Below are positions 9,212-18,347 of a DNA stretch of 64,000 nt, one piece after another; positions within the stretch are counted from its first letter, which is position 1; each line of letters starts with the position of its first letter. The DNA lies in contig JAGVWE010000004.1 in assembly GCA_018304425.1 (NCBI GenBank), positions 1-64,000 on the forward strand, in the 5' to 3' direction. The position numbers and the translations under genes are program-made. Origin of the DNA: Candidatus Iainarchaeum sp. (GTDB lineage Archaea; Iainarchaeota; Iainarchaeia; Iainarchaeales; UBA10219). The notes beneath the pieces were generated by a model. It searched no databases, was not told the DNA's origin, and was given only the letters and a program-made list of their open reading frames with translations.

Positions 9212-9262
9212 TTCGTCGTGCTCCCGGGCAAGCGCAGCGACTACTTCACGCACTTCGGCCTT
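9212..9262 (+). repeat. Degenerate 51-bp direct repeat, copy 2
   Basis: 44/51 identical to 7815-7865. Confidence 0.8.
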
Positions 9263-9282
9263 CCCTCGGATGCTAATCCGGT

Positions 9283-10854
9283 TTAACCCAGCTGCGCCAG
9301 GCACTTCTCTTTTCTTCCCGCGTTCTGCACCTGGTCGCAGAGCCCGGCGTCCTTGGTTTTGCCGGCCACGTACCGGTAACAGTTTTCCCTCGCGAGATAG
9401 GGGTCTTTTTCGCTGAGGGCCGCGTTCGGGGTTTCCCCGCAGAGCAGGGCATCCTTTTTGGCTACCGCGATTTGGCCGATGCACTCGCCGAGTTGTTCCT
9501 TGAACTTGATGTCCAGGCAAATCGTGTAATCCCCTTTCTTCACGGCCACGCGTTCCAGGCAATCATACCGTATCTGCGCCCCACCCCCGGCCAACTCGAT
9601 GTTTTCACAGGTGCGCTCGCTGCGGCTGCTGACCGCTACTTCCTTGATGCACTCGGATTTCTGGAACTTTTCCCGCAACCCGTTGCAGACCTCGACTCTT
9701 CCCTCGTTGGCCGCCGCGCTGATAATGCATCCGGCCTTGTCCGTTCCCTCCGGGAACTTCGCGCACAGGACCGGCTCATGGATCAAGGCATCCAGTTCTT
9801 TGAGGCAAGGCAACCGGTTCTGGTCGGACACGGCGTCACAGTAGTCCACGGTGAAGGCGTAGGCGGCGGAAGCCGCCTCGCAAGGGTTCCTGGCTTCTCC
9901 TGCCATTCCCGCGCAAAACCCGTTTAACTTCCGCAGCACCAACTGGTTCGCGCCCTCCCGCGCAGTTCCACCAAAACAACCGGCTCTCAGTCCCGCGTCC
10001 TGCACCGGGAGGCAGAGGCTCGCGTCCTTGGACTGCATGGCCACTTCCACCAGGCACTCGTCTCGTTGCCTCCCCGAGGCCTGCAGGCAGGCATGCTTGT
10101 CCGCATTCTTTTTGCCGAAGAACGCGTAGCACTCGCTTTCCTTGGTTGAGTCCATGATTTCCGGGCACAGGGCCTGCTTGTTGGAGCGCTGGGCTGCTGC
10201 CAACAGGCAGGCATCCCCCTCGGGCACGCCCCGGGAACAGTGTTCTTCGATGCCCAGGAGCTGGCCCACGATTTTGGCGCAGTTCTGTTGGTTGGCTTCA
10301 TTCATAATCAGTTCACAGGCCGCCAGGTTGTTGGAGTCCACGGCCGTCTTCGCGTAACACGTGTCCCTTCTCCCCGCCTCTTCGAGGCCCTCACAGAATT
10401 CCGGGTTCTGGGCGCGCACGGCCAGGTTCTTCAAGCAGATGTCTCTTCGCTCCCCGGCCTCGATGGCCAGGCATTCTTCGGGGTTGTTCCTGGCCAGCGC
10501 CATCTTTTCGAAGCAGTCCTCTCTTTTGCTGCCGGCTTGCAGGCACAGGTTTTTCACGCCCACCAGGGGCGCTATTTCCAGGAAACAGGCTTCCCGTAGT
10601 TCCTGGCCCCGGATGGGCTCGCACAGTTGTCCCACGCGGAGGACCGTGGCCCGGTTGTACACGCATTTGTCGATGGAGTCCAGGTACTTGAGGCAGACGC
10701 CCAGGTCCTTCAAGTACTTTTGGGGGATGAGTTCCTGGCCGAGTTCCGGCAGGGGCGTGGCTTCAGGAACCGGGGCTTTTTTCTCGGGTTCCTGGCTGCA
10801 CCCAGCCAAGGCGACCAGCAGCAGGAGCAGGGCCAGGATGTGAACGGGTTTCAA
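9283..10854 (-). CDS. Cys-rich repeat lipoprotein
   Basis: Lipobox LAGC; many approx. 24-aa C..I.....r..C...A repeats. Confidence 0.85.
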   Translation of the reverse strand: MKPVHILALLLLLVALAGCSQEPEKKAPVPEATPLPELGQELIPQKYLKDLGVCLKYLDSIDKCVYNRATVLRVGQLCEPIRGQELREACFLEIAPLVGVKNLCLQAGSKREDCFEKMALARNNPEECLAIEAGERRDICLKNLAVRAQNPEFCEGLEEAGRRDTCYAKTAVDSNNLAACELIMNEANQQNCAKIVGQLLGIEEHCSRGVPEGDACLLAAAQRSNKQALCPEIMDSTKESECYAFFGKKNADKHACLQASGRQRDECLVEVAMQSKDASLCLPVQDAGLRAGCFGGTAREGANQLVLRKLNGFCAGMAGEARNPCEAASAAYAFTVDYCDAVSDQNRLPCLKELDALIHEPVLCAKFPEGTDKAGCIISAAANEGRVEVCNGLREKFQKSECIKEVAVSSRSERTCENIELAGGGAQIRYDCLERVAVKKGDYTICLDIKFKEQLGECIGQIAVAKKDALLCGETPNAALSEKDPYLARENCYRYVAGKTKDAGLCDQVQNAGRKEKCLAQLG

Positions 10855-10858
10855 GGCT

Positions 10859-11716
10859 TCATCCCCCCCGTTTCACGGCCTTCTTCCAGTAAAAGCCGGC
10901 GTAGGCAAGGAAGAGGGCCTGGTTCAAGGGGCTTAACGCCAGGGCATTCACCCAGGCGAGGGGCAGGAAACCGAACAAGGCGATGAGGGCAAACAGCCGG
11001 ACTGCCACCAGGGCCAAGGCACCCAACAAGCCGAGGGCAAAGGGTTTGGCCAGCTTCCGGATCCTGAACTCCTTGCCTTCCCACACCCATAGGGCGAGGA
11101 ACGCAATCGAGTACAGGATGAGGGCATCCACTCCCGAGGTCTCTTCGACCGCGGTCACGCGCACGTTGAACACGTTGAGGGAAGGCGGCTTTGCCCCCAA
11201 GTCGAGGAAGGCTTCCACGCCCACCCACTGCAAGGCGTTGACGACCAGCGCAAGCACGGGTGCGGCCAGGAAGTTCCAGTCGAACACGTAGTCAATGATG
11301 TAGAAGGCCAGCACGCTGGGCACGATGTATTGCGTGTACTCCCTGGCCAGCCGCACGAACAAGTCCTTGCCCTGGAAGCCAATGACCAGCAGCAACCCGG
11401 CCAGGGTGCTTAACGCCTTCCGCGGCAGGCCTTCCTCGAAACCCATTCGGAGGGCGAGCACGGCAAGGGTTAGGACCAGGAAAAGGGCAAGCAGTTTCCG
11501 GTTTTCCTTGAACTCGGGCAGGGTTTGCAGCCTCTTTTTTGCGGCCAACGAGAACGCGAACAAGAGGAACGAGCCGAACAAGAAGTTGTTCATGGCCGGG
11601 TTGAAGAACCAGTGACTCAGCCGGCCCTCCAAGAAGTACGTGAAACCGCTCAACGCCGAGTACACGGCCAGGGCCAGTAGCGTGCGCTTCAAGAACCATT
11701 CAAAGCCCTTGTTCAT
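10859..11716 (-). CDS. Archaeosortase/exosortase-like membrane protein with degenerate catalytic residues
   Basis: Multi-TM; VTAVEETSGVDAL in place of v...CsG; VAVRLFAL in place of N.lRi. Confidence 0.55.
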   Translation of the reverse strand: MNKGFEWFLKRTLLALAVYSALSGFTYFLEGRLSHWFFNPAMNNFLFGSFLLFAFSLAAKKRLQTLPEFKENRKLLALFLVLTLAVLALRMGFEEGLPRKALSTLAGLLLVIGFQGKDLFVRLAREYTQYIVPSVLAFYIIDYVFDWNFLAAPVLALVVNALQWVGVEAFLDLGAKPPSLNVFNVRVTAVEETSGVDALILYSIAFLALWVWEGKEFRIRKLAKPFALGLLGALALVAVRLFALIALFGFLPLAWVNALALSPLNQALFLAYAGFYWKKAVKRGG

Positions 11717-11773
11717 GCATGGCTTGGTTGAGCGAACAACTAAAAAACCCCGACTAAAAAGTCGTTTGCCTTG

Positions 11774-12259
11774 CTATCCCAGGCCCTTGATCCAGAAGGG
11801 GTTGACGAAGAACAGGTACACCAACACGGCCAGGGAGAGGCCCGCGCTCAGGTAGCCCACCCAGGCTCCGCCCTCCCAGTCCTCGGGGTGTTCGCCGTCC
11901 TGGATGACGTGCAACAAGTAGCCTAAGACGAACCCCCAAATAGCCGCATCCACGATGGGCAGCGATAGGTTGGTTTCAGCCAGGAACTGGTTTTTCACGG
12001 ACAACAACACGATGGGAACAATGGGGGAGTGGAAGATCCAGCTCCTCGGCCCCAAGACGTTGAGGTTTTTCTTCAAGTACTTGTCCATGTCCGGGCTCAC
12101 GTTAAAGGTTTGGCCGGGGCCGTCGCCGTTCGCCACGCCCAGGAAGACCGAGGCCAGGAAGACCAGGCCCAGGAGGGGGTCGAACCGGCTCAAGTACACC
12201 AGCCAATAGCCGAGGCCCACGACTAAACCGGCTACTACGTGGTCGGGGTGGTTGCCCAT
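11774..12259 (-). CDS. Membrane-bound metal-dependent hydrolase (YdjM/DUF2227-like)
   Basis: N-terminal H, SPDMD, RSWIFHS, GYLLHVIQD. Confidence 0.7.
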   Translation of the reverse strand: MGNHPDHVVAGLVVGLGYWLVYLSRFDPLLGLVFLASVFLGVANGDGPGQTFNVSPDMDKYLKKNLNVLGPRSWIFHSPIVPIVLLSVKNQFLAETNLSLPIVDAAIWGFVLGYLLHVIQDGEHPEDWEGGAWVGYLSAGLSLAVLVYLFFVNPFWIKGLG

Positions 12260-12333
12260 GCATAGATTGCCGCTGGCCAGCCATTTAAACCTATTGGGTG
12301 CCTTTAAAATACGTTTTCCGTTTTTCTCCGTTC

Positions 12334-13458
12334 ATGCAGGTTCCCAACCTCACCCTGGCCTATCAAGTGCTTGCCTTGAAGCCCCTGCTGGTGGGCGCCT
12401 TTCTCAACAAAGTGCAGCGGGTCTCCGACAAGGTGTTTAGGTTCCGGTTCCACTCCAAGCAGGGCTCCAAGGACCTGGTCTTCAATGGTTCCGCGTTCTA
12501 CGTTACCTCTTACAAGCTCGAAGCCCAGCCCAGCCAGGGCTTCGCGGCTTTCCTCAAGAAGCGCTTGTACAACAAGCGCGTGGACGCGTTCTACCAGCAG
12601 GGCGTGGACCGCGTGCTGGTGGTGGAGTTCACGGACTACAACCTCGTCCTCGAATTGTTCGCGGACTCCAACATCGTTCTTGCCGACAAGTCGTGGAAGA
12701 CGCTTTCGGCCCTGACGTATGGGGAGTGGAAGGACCGCGTCATCAAGCGGGGCCAGCCCTACCAGTTCCCGGCCTCCAAGGGCTTGAACCCCTGTTTCCT
12801 CAACGCGGGGCAACTGCGGCAACAACTGGTTGGACCGGACCTCATCCGGGCCCTGATTTCGTGCGCGAACATCGCGCCCCCGGTTGCCGAGGAAGCCCTG
12901 GCCTTGGCCGGCCTCGCAAAGACCGCGAAGCCGTCCTCCTTGACCGAGGCCGAACTCGCACGGCTCGCGGAAACCGTCAACGGCTTCTATGGCCGGCTTT
13001 CCCTGGAAACCCTCAAACCCGTTTACTATGCCGGGGAAAAGCTGTTGCTGCCGTTCCCGCTTTCCTCGCTCCAGGCAACCCCTAAGCCGTTCGCTTCCCT
13101 GGATGAGGCCTTTGACGAACTGTTCTCGGATGCACTGTCCTCCCAGGAGGCCGTGGAAAAAACCGCGAAGGCGGAAACCCGGCAGTCCAAGGACGCGTTC
13201 AACCTCGGCCAGCAACTCGCGGCCTTGAAAGAGTTTGAACGGGTTTCCCTGGAAGACCAGCACAAGGCCGAAGCCATTTACGTGCATTACCGTGCATTCG
13301 AGGAAGTCCTGCAAGTAGTTCGGGAGGCAACGGCCAAGGGCGTCCCGCAAAAGGAAATCCTGGCAAAGCTCCGGCAGGCTTTCAGGGAGGGCCGCACGCC
13401 CCTGGAAGTCGTTGACTTGGACTTGAAGAAGCGCGTGCTATCCATTGAATTGAAGTGA
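12334..13458 (+). CDS. NFACT/Rqc2 (RqcH, FbpA) N-terminal half
   Basis: FAAFLKKRL, DRVLVVEF, LVLELFADSNIVL, DRVIKRGQPYQFP, SLDEAFDELF; ends before the NFACT-R domain. Confidence 0.85.
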   Translation: MQVPNLTLAYQVLALKPLLVGAFLNKVQRVSDKVFRFRFHSKQGSKDLVFNGSAFYVTSYKLEAQPSQGFAAFLKKRLYNKRVDAFYQQGVDRVLVVEFTDYNLVLELFADSNIVLADKSWKTLSALTYGEWKDRVIKRGQPYQFPASKGLNPCFLNAGQLRQQLVGPDLIRALISCANIAPPVAEEALALAGLAKTAKPSSLTEAELARLAETVNGFYGRLSLETLKPVYYAGEKLLLPFPLSSLQATPKPFASLDEAFDELFSDALSSQEAVEKTAKAETRQSKDAFNLGQQLAALKEFERVSLEDQHKAEAIYVHYRAFEEVLQVVREATAKGVPQKEILAKLRQAFREGRTPLEVVDLDLKKRVLSIELK

Positions 13459-13538
13459 AGCCGCCATCGAATGGAAGCCGGTTACAGCAGAAGAAGATGG
13501 CCATGGCCGCGCCTCGGCCGGGTGCCAAGCCCAAAGCG

Positions 13539-13811
13539 TTATTCCTGCTGTTGCGGGCTCACGAGTTCTCGCTCGTCCACAATGAAGACGTCGGAGACAG
13601 CGGTTACCGCGGAATAGGGCACCTGGATGACCCGGTCCTTGGACGTTATCCTCCGCGCTATCTTGCTGTCCTTGTCGACTTCCACAAGCAGGTATTCAAT
13701 GTCACCGGAAACCTCGTCCACCAGCAGGTCAATCAATTTGCCGACTTCGTCGCCGCGGTTCGTGATGACTCTCTTGGTTGCCAGTTGCCTTGCAATCGTG
13801 TATTTGTACAT
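13539..13811 (-). CDS. PRC-barrel domain protein
   Basis: VITNRGDEVGKLIDLLVDEVSGDIEYLLV..VPYSAVTAVSDVFIV. Confidence 0.9.
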   Translation of the reverse strand: MYKYTIARQLATKRVITNRGDEVGKLIDLLVDEVSGDIEYLLVEVDKDSKIARRITSKDRVIQVPYSAVTAVSDVFIVDERELVSPQQQE

Positions 13812-14025
13812 TTTTTCACCGGTTTTTTTGCCCGCAAAAAAGGGCTAATATTAGAAAGCGAAACACCTATATAAAGCTTTTTGTTAGGCTTTCATATCAA
13901 TTGCCTGGCCTGGCTTGTGTTTCCGAAGAAAAACCGGGCCCCTGGCCTCCAGGGGGGCGGCCGCCGGGCGGTGCCCTTGGTTTAACTATGTTTTGCTGTT
14001 CCATTGTTTTCGGGAGCTGACCGTC

Positions 14026-15015
14026 ATGCGCGAGCCAGAGGACTACATGCCCAAGGCCAAAACGGCTTTGCTGCGCAACAAGCAGTATGCCTTGTTCGGT
14101 CACTCGGCTGTAAAAGTCTGCCATTGGACCAAGAAGAGCCTCACCGAGGGCAAGTCCTGTTACAAGGGAAAGTTCTACGGCATCAACAGCCACCAGTGCG
14201 TGCAGATGACGCCCAGCGTGGGCTGGTGCCAGAGTGCCTGCACCTTCTGCTGGCGGCCCCTCTACTTCGACCCTAATGGCTTGAAAGAGGACTTCCTGGA
14301 CGCGCCCGAGGAAATCGTCGAGCAATCCATTCAGGCGCACTTCAAGCAGTTGTCGGGTTTCGGCGCCCAGGTCGGCACCGTCATCTCCAAGGAAAAATGG
14401 GCGGAAGCCCACAAGCCAAGGCACGTCGCCATCTCGCTCTCCGGCGAACCCACGCTCTACCCGAAAATCGCGGAACTCATTTCGGCTTACCGCAAGCAGG
14501 GCATCTCGACTTTCCTGGTCACCAATGGCTTGAAGCCCGAAGCCCTCCAGTTCATGGCCGACACCAACCAGTTGCCCACGCAATTGTATGTCTCCTTCCA
14601 GACCCCCACCGAGCAGATGCAGAAGGACATCAACCGCAGCCGGGAGAAGGACGCCTGGAAGAAGCTCAACCAGACCTTTGAATTGTTTCCCCGCCTGAAG
14701 ACCCGGAAGGTCGTTCGCGTGACCCTCTTGAAGGGCATCAACGACGCCGAGAACCTGATTCAAGGCTTTGCCGACATGATTGGAAAAGGCAAACCCGACT
14801 TCGTGGAAGTCAAGAGCTACATGCACATCGGCCAGTCCAGGCAACGGCTTGGAAGGCACAACATGTGCTCGCACGAGGAAATCAAGGCCTGGTCGCAGAA
14901 GCTCGCGAAGGCGCTTGGCTACCAGTACGCCGACGACAGCCCGGAATCCCTCGTTGCCCTGCTCTGGAACGGAACCACTCCCCGGTTCATCGACTTCTCG
15001 AACCAGGCGGTTTAA
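14026..15015 (+). CDS. taw1: 4-demethylwyosine synthase TYW1/Taw1 (radical SAM)
   Basis: HSAVKVCHWT, CYKGKFYGINSHQC, CQSACTFCWR, AISLSGEPTLY, FVEVKSYM. Confidence 0.96.
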   Translation: MREPEDYMPKAKTALLRNKQYALFGHSAVKVCHWTKKSLTEGKSCYKGKFYGINSHQCVQMTPSVGWCQSACTFCWRPLYFDPNGLKEDFLDAPEEIVEQSIQAHFKQLSGFGAQVGTVISKEKWAEAHKPRHVAISLSGEPTLYPKIAELISAYRKQGISTFLVTNGLKPEALQFMADTNQLPTQLYVSFQTPTEQMQKDINRSREKDAWKKLNQTFELFPRLKTRKVVRVTLLKGINDAENLIQGFADMIGKGKPDFVEVKSYMHIGQSRQRLGRHNMCSHEEIKAWSQKLAKALGYQYADDSPESLVALLWNGTTPRFIDFSNQAV

Positions 15016-15077
15016 ATTTAAACGTTCTTGTCAGGCAACCCTTATTAATCCCAAATCCCTAATTAGTTCCGGTTTCC

Positions 15078-15458
15078 ATGGCCGAGTTAAAGGGCGTCAA
15101 GTCCTATGAGGGCGAGTTCGACGAGGAAGAAGACGAGCAGGGATTGCCAGGAGAAGAAGAACCAGGGCTTTCCGTCAAGTTGCCGGGCCGGAAGCGGAAG
15201 CGCCGGGGCTTGAAGGACGTGGGCCCCAGTTTTTGGACTGCGCAACGCGTGTTCATCTTGTTCGTGTTCCTCTTGGGCCTGGTGTTGGGCGGCTTCCTCG
15301 CCCACCAGTACGTGGAACCCGAACTCAACAAGCGGATTGTCAACGACTTGAACGCCTTCAACGCCACCAACAAGGCCTTGGACCGCAAAGTCGATTTCCT
15401 GGTCGAGTGCCTGCACTCCCAGCAAGTGAACCCGGACACGTGCCTCAAAGAACAATAA
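15078..15458 (+). CDS. Hypothetical single-TM protein with coiled coil
   Basis: Acidic then basic N-terminus, one TM, C-terminal Cys pair. Confidence 0.75.
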   Translation: MAELKGVKSYEGEFDEEEDEQGLPGEEEPGLSVKLPGRKRKRRGLKDVGPSFWTAQRVFILFVFLLGLVLGGFLAHQYVEPELNKRIVNDLNAFNATNKALDRKVDFLVECLHSQQVNPDTCLKEQ

Positions 15459-15467
15459 AAGAAGGAG

Positions 15468-15513
15468 AAAAAAATAGGGCGGGATCGGCCCGAAGGCCAG
15501 ACCCGTTTTTTTT
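15468..15513. terminator. Hairpin flanked by A and T runs between convergent genes
   Basis: A-run..CGGG..GGCC-CGAA-GGCC..CCCG-T-run. Confidence 0.55.
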
Positions 15514-15518
15514 GTCGC

Positions 15519-15719
15519 TTATTTTCCGCAGCAGCTGTGGCCCTCGCATTCCTGGCAGTGCATGAACACCTTGATGGCGCCCAAAATCACCAGCATGACG
15601 CCCAGCCAGTGAACCCCTGCAAGGGGTAATTGGACGAGGCCCTTGGCCGTTGCCAGCCACAGCAAGCCGATGACTATCATCAGGCCGCCGCACATCTTCC
15701 TGCATTTACCGCACATCAT
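15519..15719 (-). CDS. Small two-TM protein with terminal CxxC motifs
   Basis: MMCGKCRKMCGG..TM..TM..HCQECEGHSCCGK; GGAGG upstream. Confidence 0.75.
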   Translation of the reverse strand: MMCGKCRKMCGGLMIVIGLLWLATAKGLVQLPLAGVHWLGVMLVILGAIKVFMHCQECEGHSCCGK

Positions 15720-15817
15720 ATGGATAATCCCTCCCCAAGCAAGAAGCCCAAACCCCTTAATAAACTTAATTTTCCCGTCAGCGCACCTATTTAAAGTCCG
15801 AAAGCCAATAACCTTGC

Positions 15818-16297
15818 ATGGCGCGGCCCGCTCACTCACCTCGCAAGGGCTTGCGGAACGTTGGGAACTGGAGTCGCTTTCTGCGGCGAAACATTTTAAG
15901 AGCCGGGCCCACTCGGGCCGGCGAACTGTCCTCGAAGCAAGCCGAAATATACAATCGTACGGCGCTTTCCACTGCCCTGCAATTGACGGGCTTGCATCGC
16001 TCCATTTCAAGGGGAACGCGCGTGCGGCTCGCTGAATGCCTTCTTGACTGGCGATTGCGGGGAAATGAGGTCAAGCGTCAAATGAACACTGAACTCCGGG
16101 TAGCCGAGGTGCGCTATGGGTTACCCATTCCGGACGACATCCTGAGAAACATTGAGGGGATGTTGCGGGAAGAACGGGTTCGAGACGTTTTGCCGTTGGA
16201 AATCGAAATCCACGGCATTTGCAGGGGAAACGAAAACCGGCAAAAGCTCTTGCACGAGCTAACTGAATTGGACCGCATTGCCCATGAAATCGTTTAA
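15818..16297 (+). CDS. Orphan protein with basic N-terminus
   Basis: 159 aa, MARPAHSPRKGLR; TTTAAAGTCC ends 18 nt before ATG. Confidence 0.6.
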   Translation: MARPAHSPRKGLRNVGNWSRFLRRNILRAGPTRAGELSSKQAEIYNRTALSTALQLTGLHRSISRGTRVRLAECLLDWRLRGNEVKRQMNTELRVAEVRYGLPIPDDILRNIEGMLREERVRDVLPLEIEIHGICRGNENRQKLLHELTELDRIAHEIV

Positions 16298-16665
16298 CGC
16301 CGTCTCCGCAGTCGCCGGGGCAGGTTTTCCTCCGTGGCCTCTGCTTTGCCGGGTGCCCTTGGCTTGTCTAGGGCATCCAGGCTGGGAAACCGTTTCATTC
16401 GGCCCCTGGCATGCTCCATTTGTTCGGCGATTTCTTCGGCCGCGGTTTCCGGGTTCAACGCGTTTTCCTCGACCTCGGCTTTTGCCAGCCGTTCCTGGGT
16501 CTCCGCCCAGATGCGTTTGGCGGCCTCGCGTTTGAGGCGTTCCTCGGTTGCCTTCTGCTGTCCTTCAGTGACCGTGGGCGGAGCCGGGGGCGTGGCCGTC
16601 GGCCCCGGAGGCTGCACGGTTTTTTTCTTTCCCAGCAAGCCCTTGAGCGAATCCATCCAGCCCAT
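16294..16665 (-). CDS. Orphan protein, Pro-rich then charged helical
   Basis: 123 aa ORF, TTTATAAA upstream, C-terminal RRLRRRR. Confidence 0.65.
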   Translation of the reverse strand: MGWMDSLKGLLGKKKTVQPPGPTATPPAPPTVTEGQQKATEERLKREAAKRIWAETQERLAKAEVEENALNPETAAEEIAEQMEHARGRMKRFPSLDALDKPRAPGKAEATEENLPRRLRRRR

Positions 16666-16721
16666 GAAAACCCATGCATGGAAGCGGAAAACTGTTTATA
16701 AAAAGAAGCAAGCGGGCGCCG

Positions 16722-18221
16722 TCAAACCGGTTTGACAAGCCGGGGGGTTGGGCGCAGCGAGAGCTGCAGGAACTCGTCCATCTTGAGTTCAACGTGTTTT
16801 TCGATTAAGTCCGCCGTGAACACGCCGTCCAGGAAGCCCTTGTCCGACTCCAGGCATTCCATGGCTTCCTTCAGCGAACCCGGGAGTTCCTTGACGCCCA
16901 GGGCCTTGCGCTTTTCCGGGGTGAGCTTGTAGATGTCCTCGTCCACGGGGTTGCCGGGGTCCGTTTTTTTCCGGATGCCGTCCAGCCCCGCCGCCAACAA
17001 GGCGGCGAAGGAAAGGTAGGGGTTGCAGCTCGTGTCCGGAGTCCTGTATTCCAGGCGCTTGGCGTGCTCGACCCCCGAGTAGTAGGCGGGGATGCGGATG
17101 TTGGCCGAGCGGTTCCGCTTGCTGTAGGCGATGAAGACCGGGGCCTCATAGCCCGGCACGAGTCTCCTGTAACTGTTCGTCGTCGGGTTGGTGAAGGCGC
17201 ACAAAGCCTTGGAGTGCTCGAGCAATCCGCCGATGTAATACCGCATGGTTTGGCTCATCTCCGCATAGGGCTCGTTGGGGTCGTAGAACGTGTTCTTGCC
17301 GTTCTTCCAGAGACTCTGGTGGACGTGCATGCCCGAGGCGTTGTCGCCGAAGATGGGTTTGGGCATGAACGTGCAGACCTTGCCCATGCGCGTGGCCGTC
17401 ATCTTGAGCACCTGCTTGTAAGTAATGACCTGGTCGGCCATGTGCACCAGCCGGTCGTATTTCATGTCGATTTCGCCTTGTCCCGCGGTCGCGACCTCGT
17501 GGTGGTGGGCGTCCAAGACCATGCCGAAGTCCTCCATCAGGGTGCGGCAGGCCTCGTTCCGGAAGTCCACCATGGTGTCCTGGGGCGGCCCCGGATAATA
17601 GCCTTCCTTGAACCGGATGGGAAAGGCGTTCCCCTCCATGTCGCTCCAGGCGGCTTCTGTGGACTTGATTTCGTAGCCGCAGCCGCTCCACGCGTCCCTG
17701 GCCGCGGTCGCGTTGGGCGTGATTTTCACGGAGTCGAAGACGAAGAACTCGAGTTCGGGCCCCCAGTACGTGGTGTCGTAGCCCATGGAGGCAGCGGCCT
17801 GCTCGGCTTTTTGCGCGACATACCTTGGGTCGCGGCTGAACCGCGTGCTGCTCGCGCCCTCGAACACGTCGGAGTACATGCGGGCCGTCTTGTGTTGTTC
17901 CCCGTACCAGGGCAGCACCGCGAAGGTCTCCGGGTCAGGCCGCAACAGCATGTCGGACTCGTGGATGTCCTTGAACCCCTTGATGGAGCTGCCGTCGAGT
18001 TTCCCGACCCCTTCGCCGAAGTTCTCGTATTCCAAGGTGTGCGCTGGCACGCTCACGTGCTGCAACTGTCCCAGGAGGTCCACGAACTGAAAGTCAATCC
18101 ATTTGACTTTTTCCTGGGCCACGCGCTTCAAGACGGTGGCAACGGCTTCGTGGTTGTGCAGCCGCTTGGCGCCGGCCGGCAGTTGGAATTCCTCTTGTCG
18201 CTGTGCTTGCTTTCCATCCAT
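16722..18221 (-). CDS. glnA: Type I glutamine synthetase with atypical C-terminus
   Basis: DGSSIKGF, GPELEFF, HHHEVATAGQGEI, FMPKPIFGDNASGMHVHQSL, RLVPGYEAP, RNRSANIRIP. Confidence 0.96.
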   Translation of the reverse strand: MDGKQAQRQEEFQLPAGAKRLHNHEAVATVLKRVAQEKVKWIDFQFVDLLGQLQHVSVPAHTLEYENFGEGVGKLDGSSIKGFKDIHESDMLLRPDPETFAVLPWYGEQHKTARMYSDVFEGASSTRFSRDPRYVAQKAEQAAASMGYDTTYWGPELEFFVFDSVKITPNATAARDAWSGCGYEIKSTEAAWSDMEGNAFPIRFKEGYYPGPPQDTMVDFRNEACRTLMEDFGMVLDAHHHEVATAGQGEIDMKYDRLVHMADQVITYKQVLKMTATRMGKVCTFMPKPIFGDNASGMHVHQSLWKNGKNTFYDPNEPYAEMSQTMRYYIGGLLEHSKALCAFTNPTTNSYRRLVPGYEAPVFIAYSKRNRSANIRIPAYYSGVEHAKRLEYRTPDTSCNPYLSFAALLAAGLDGIRKKTDPGNPVDEDIYKLTPEKRKALGVKELPGSLKEAMECLESDKGFLDGVFTADLIEKHVELKMDEFLQLSLRPTPRLVKPV

Positions 18222-18347
18222 TCAATGACCCCCACTCTTTTTGCCCGGTCCCTGGGCCAGGCACTACTACTACTATCCAGCTAAACGTCCATTAATAATT
18301 TTAGGCGATTTAGCCAAACATTTAACTAAAAAAGTGAACTTAATAAA

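Noticed and set aside
6900-9280. Provirus or IS element
   Set aside because: No integrase, transposase, terminal inverted repeats or viral hallmark genes
17064-18284. Long antisense ORFs (also 38350-39750, 43281-45221, 51548-52852 and others)
   Set aside because: Typical shadows of high-GC3 coding strands opposite well-identified genes
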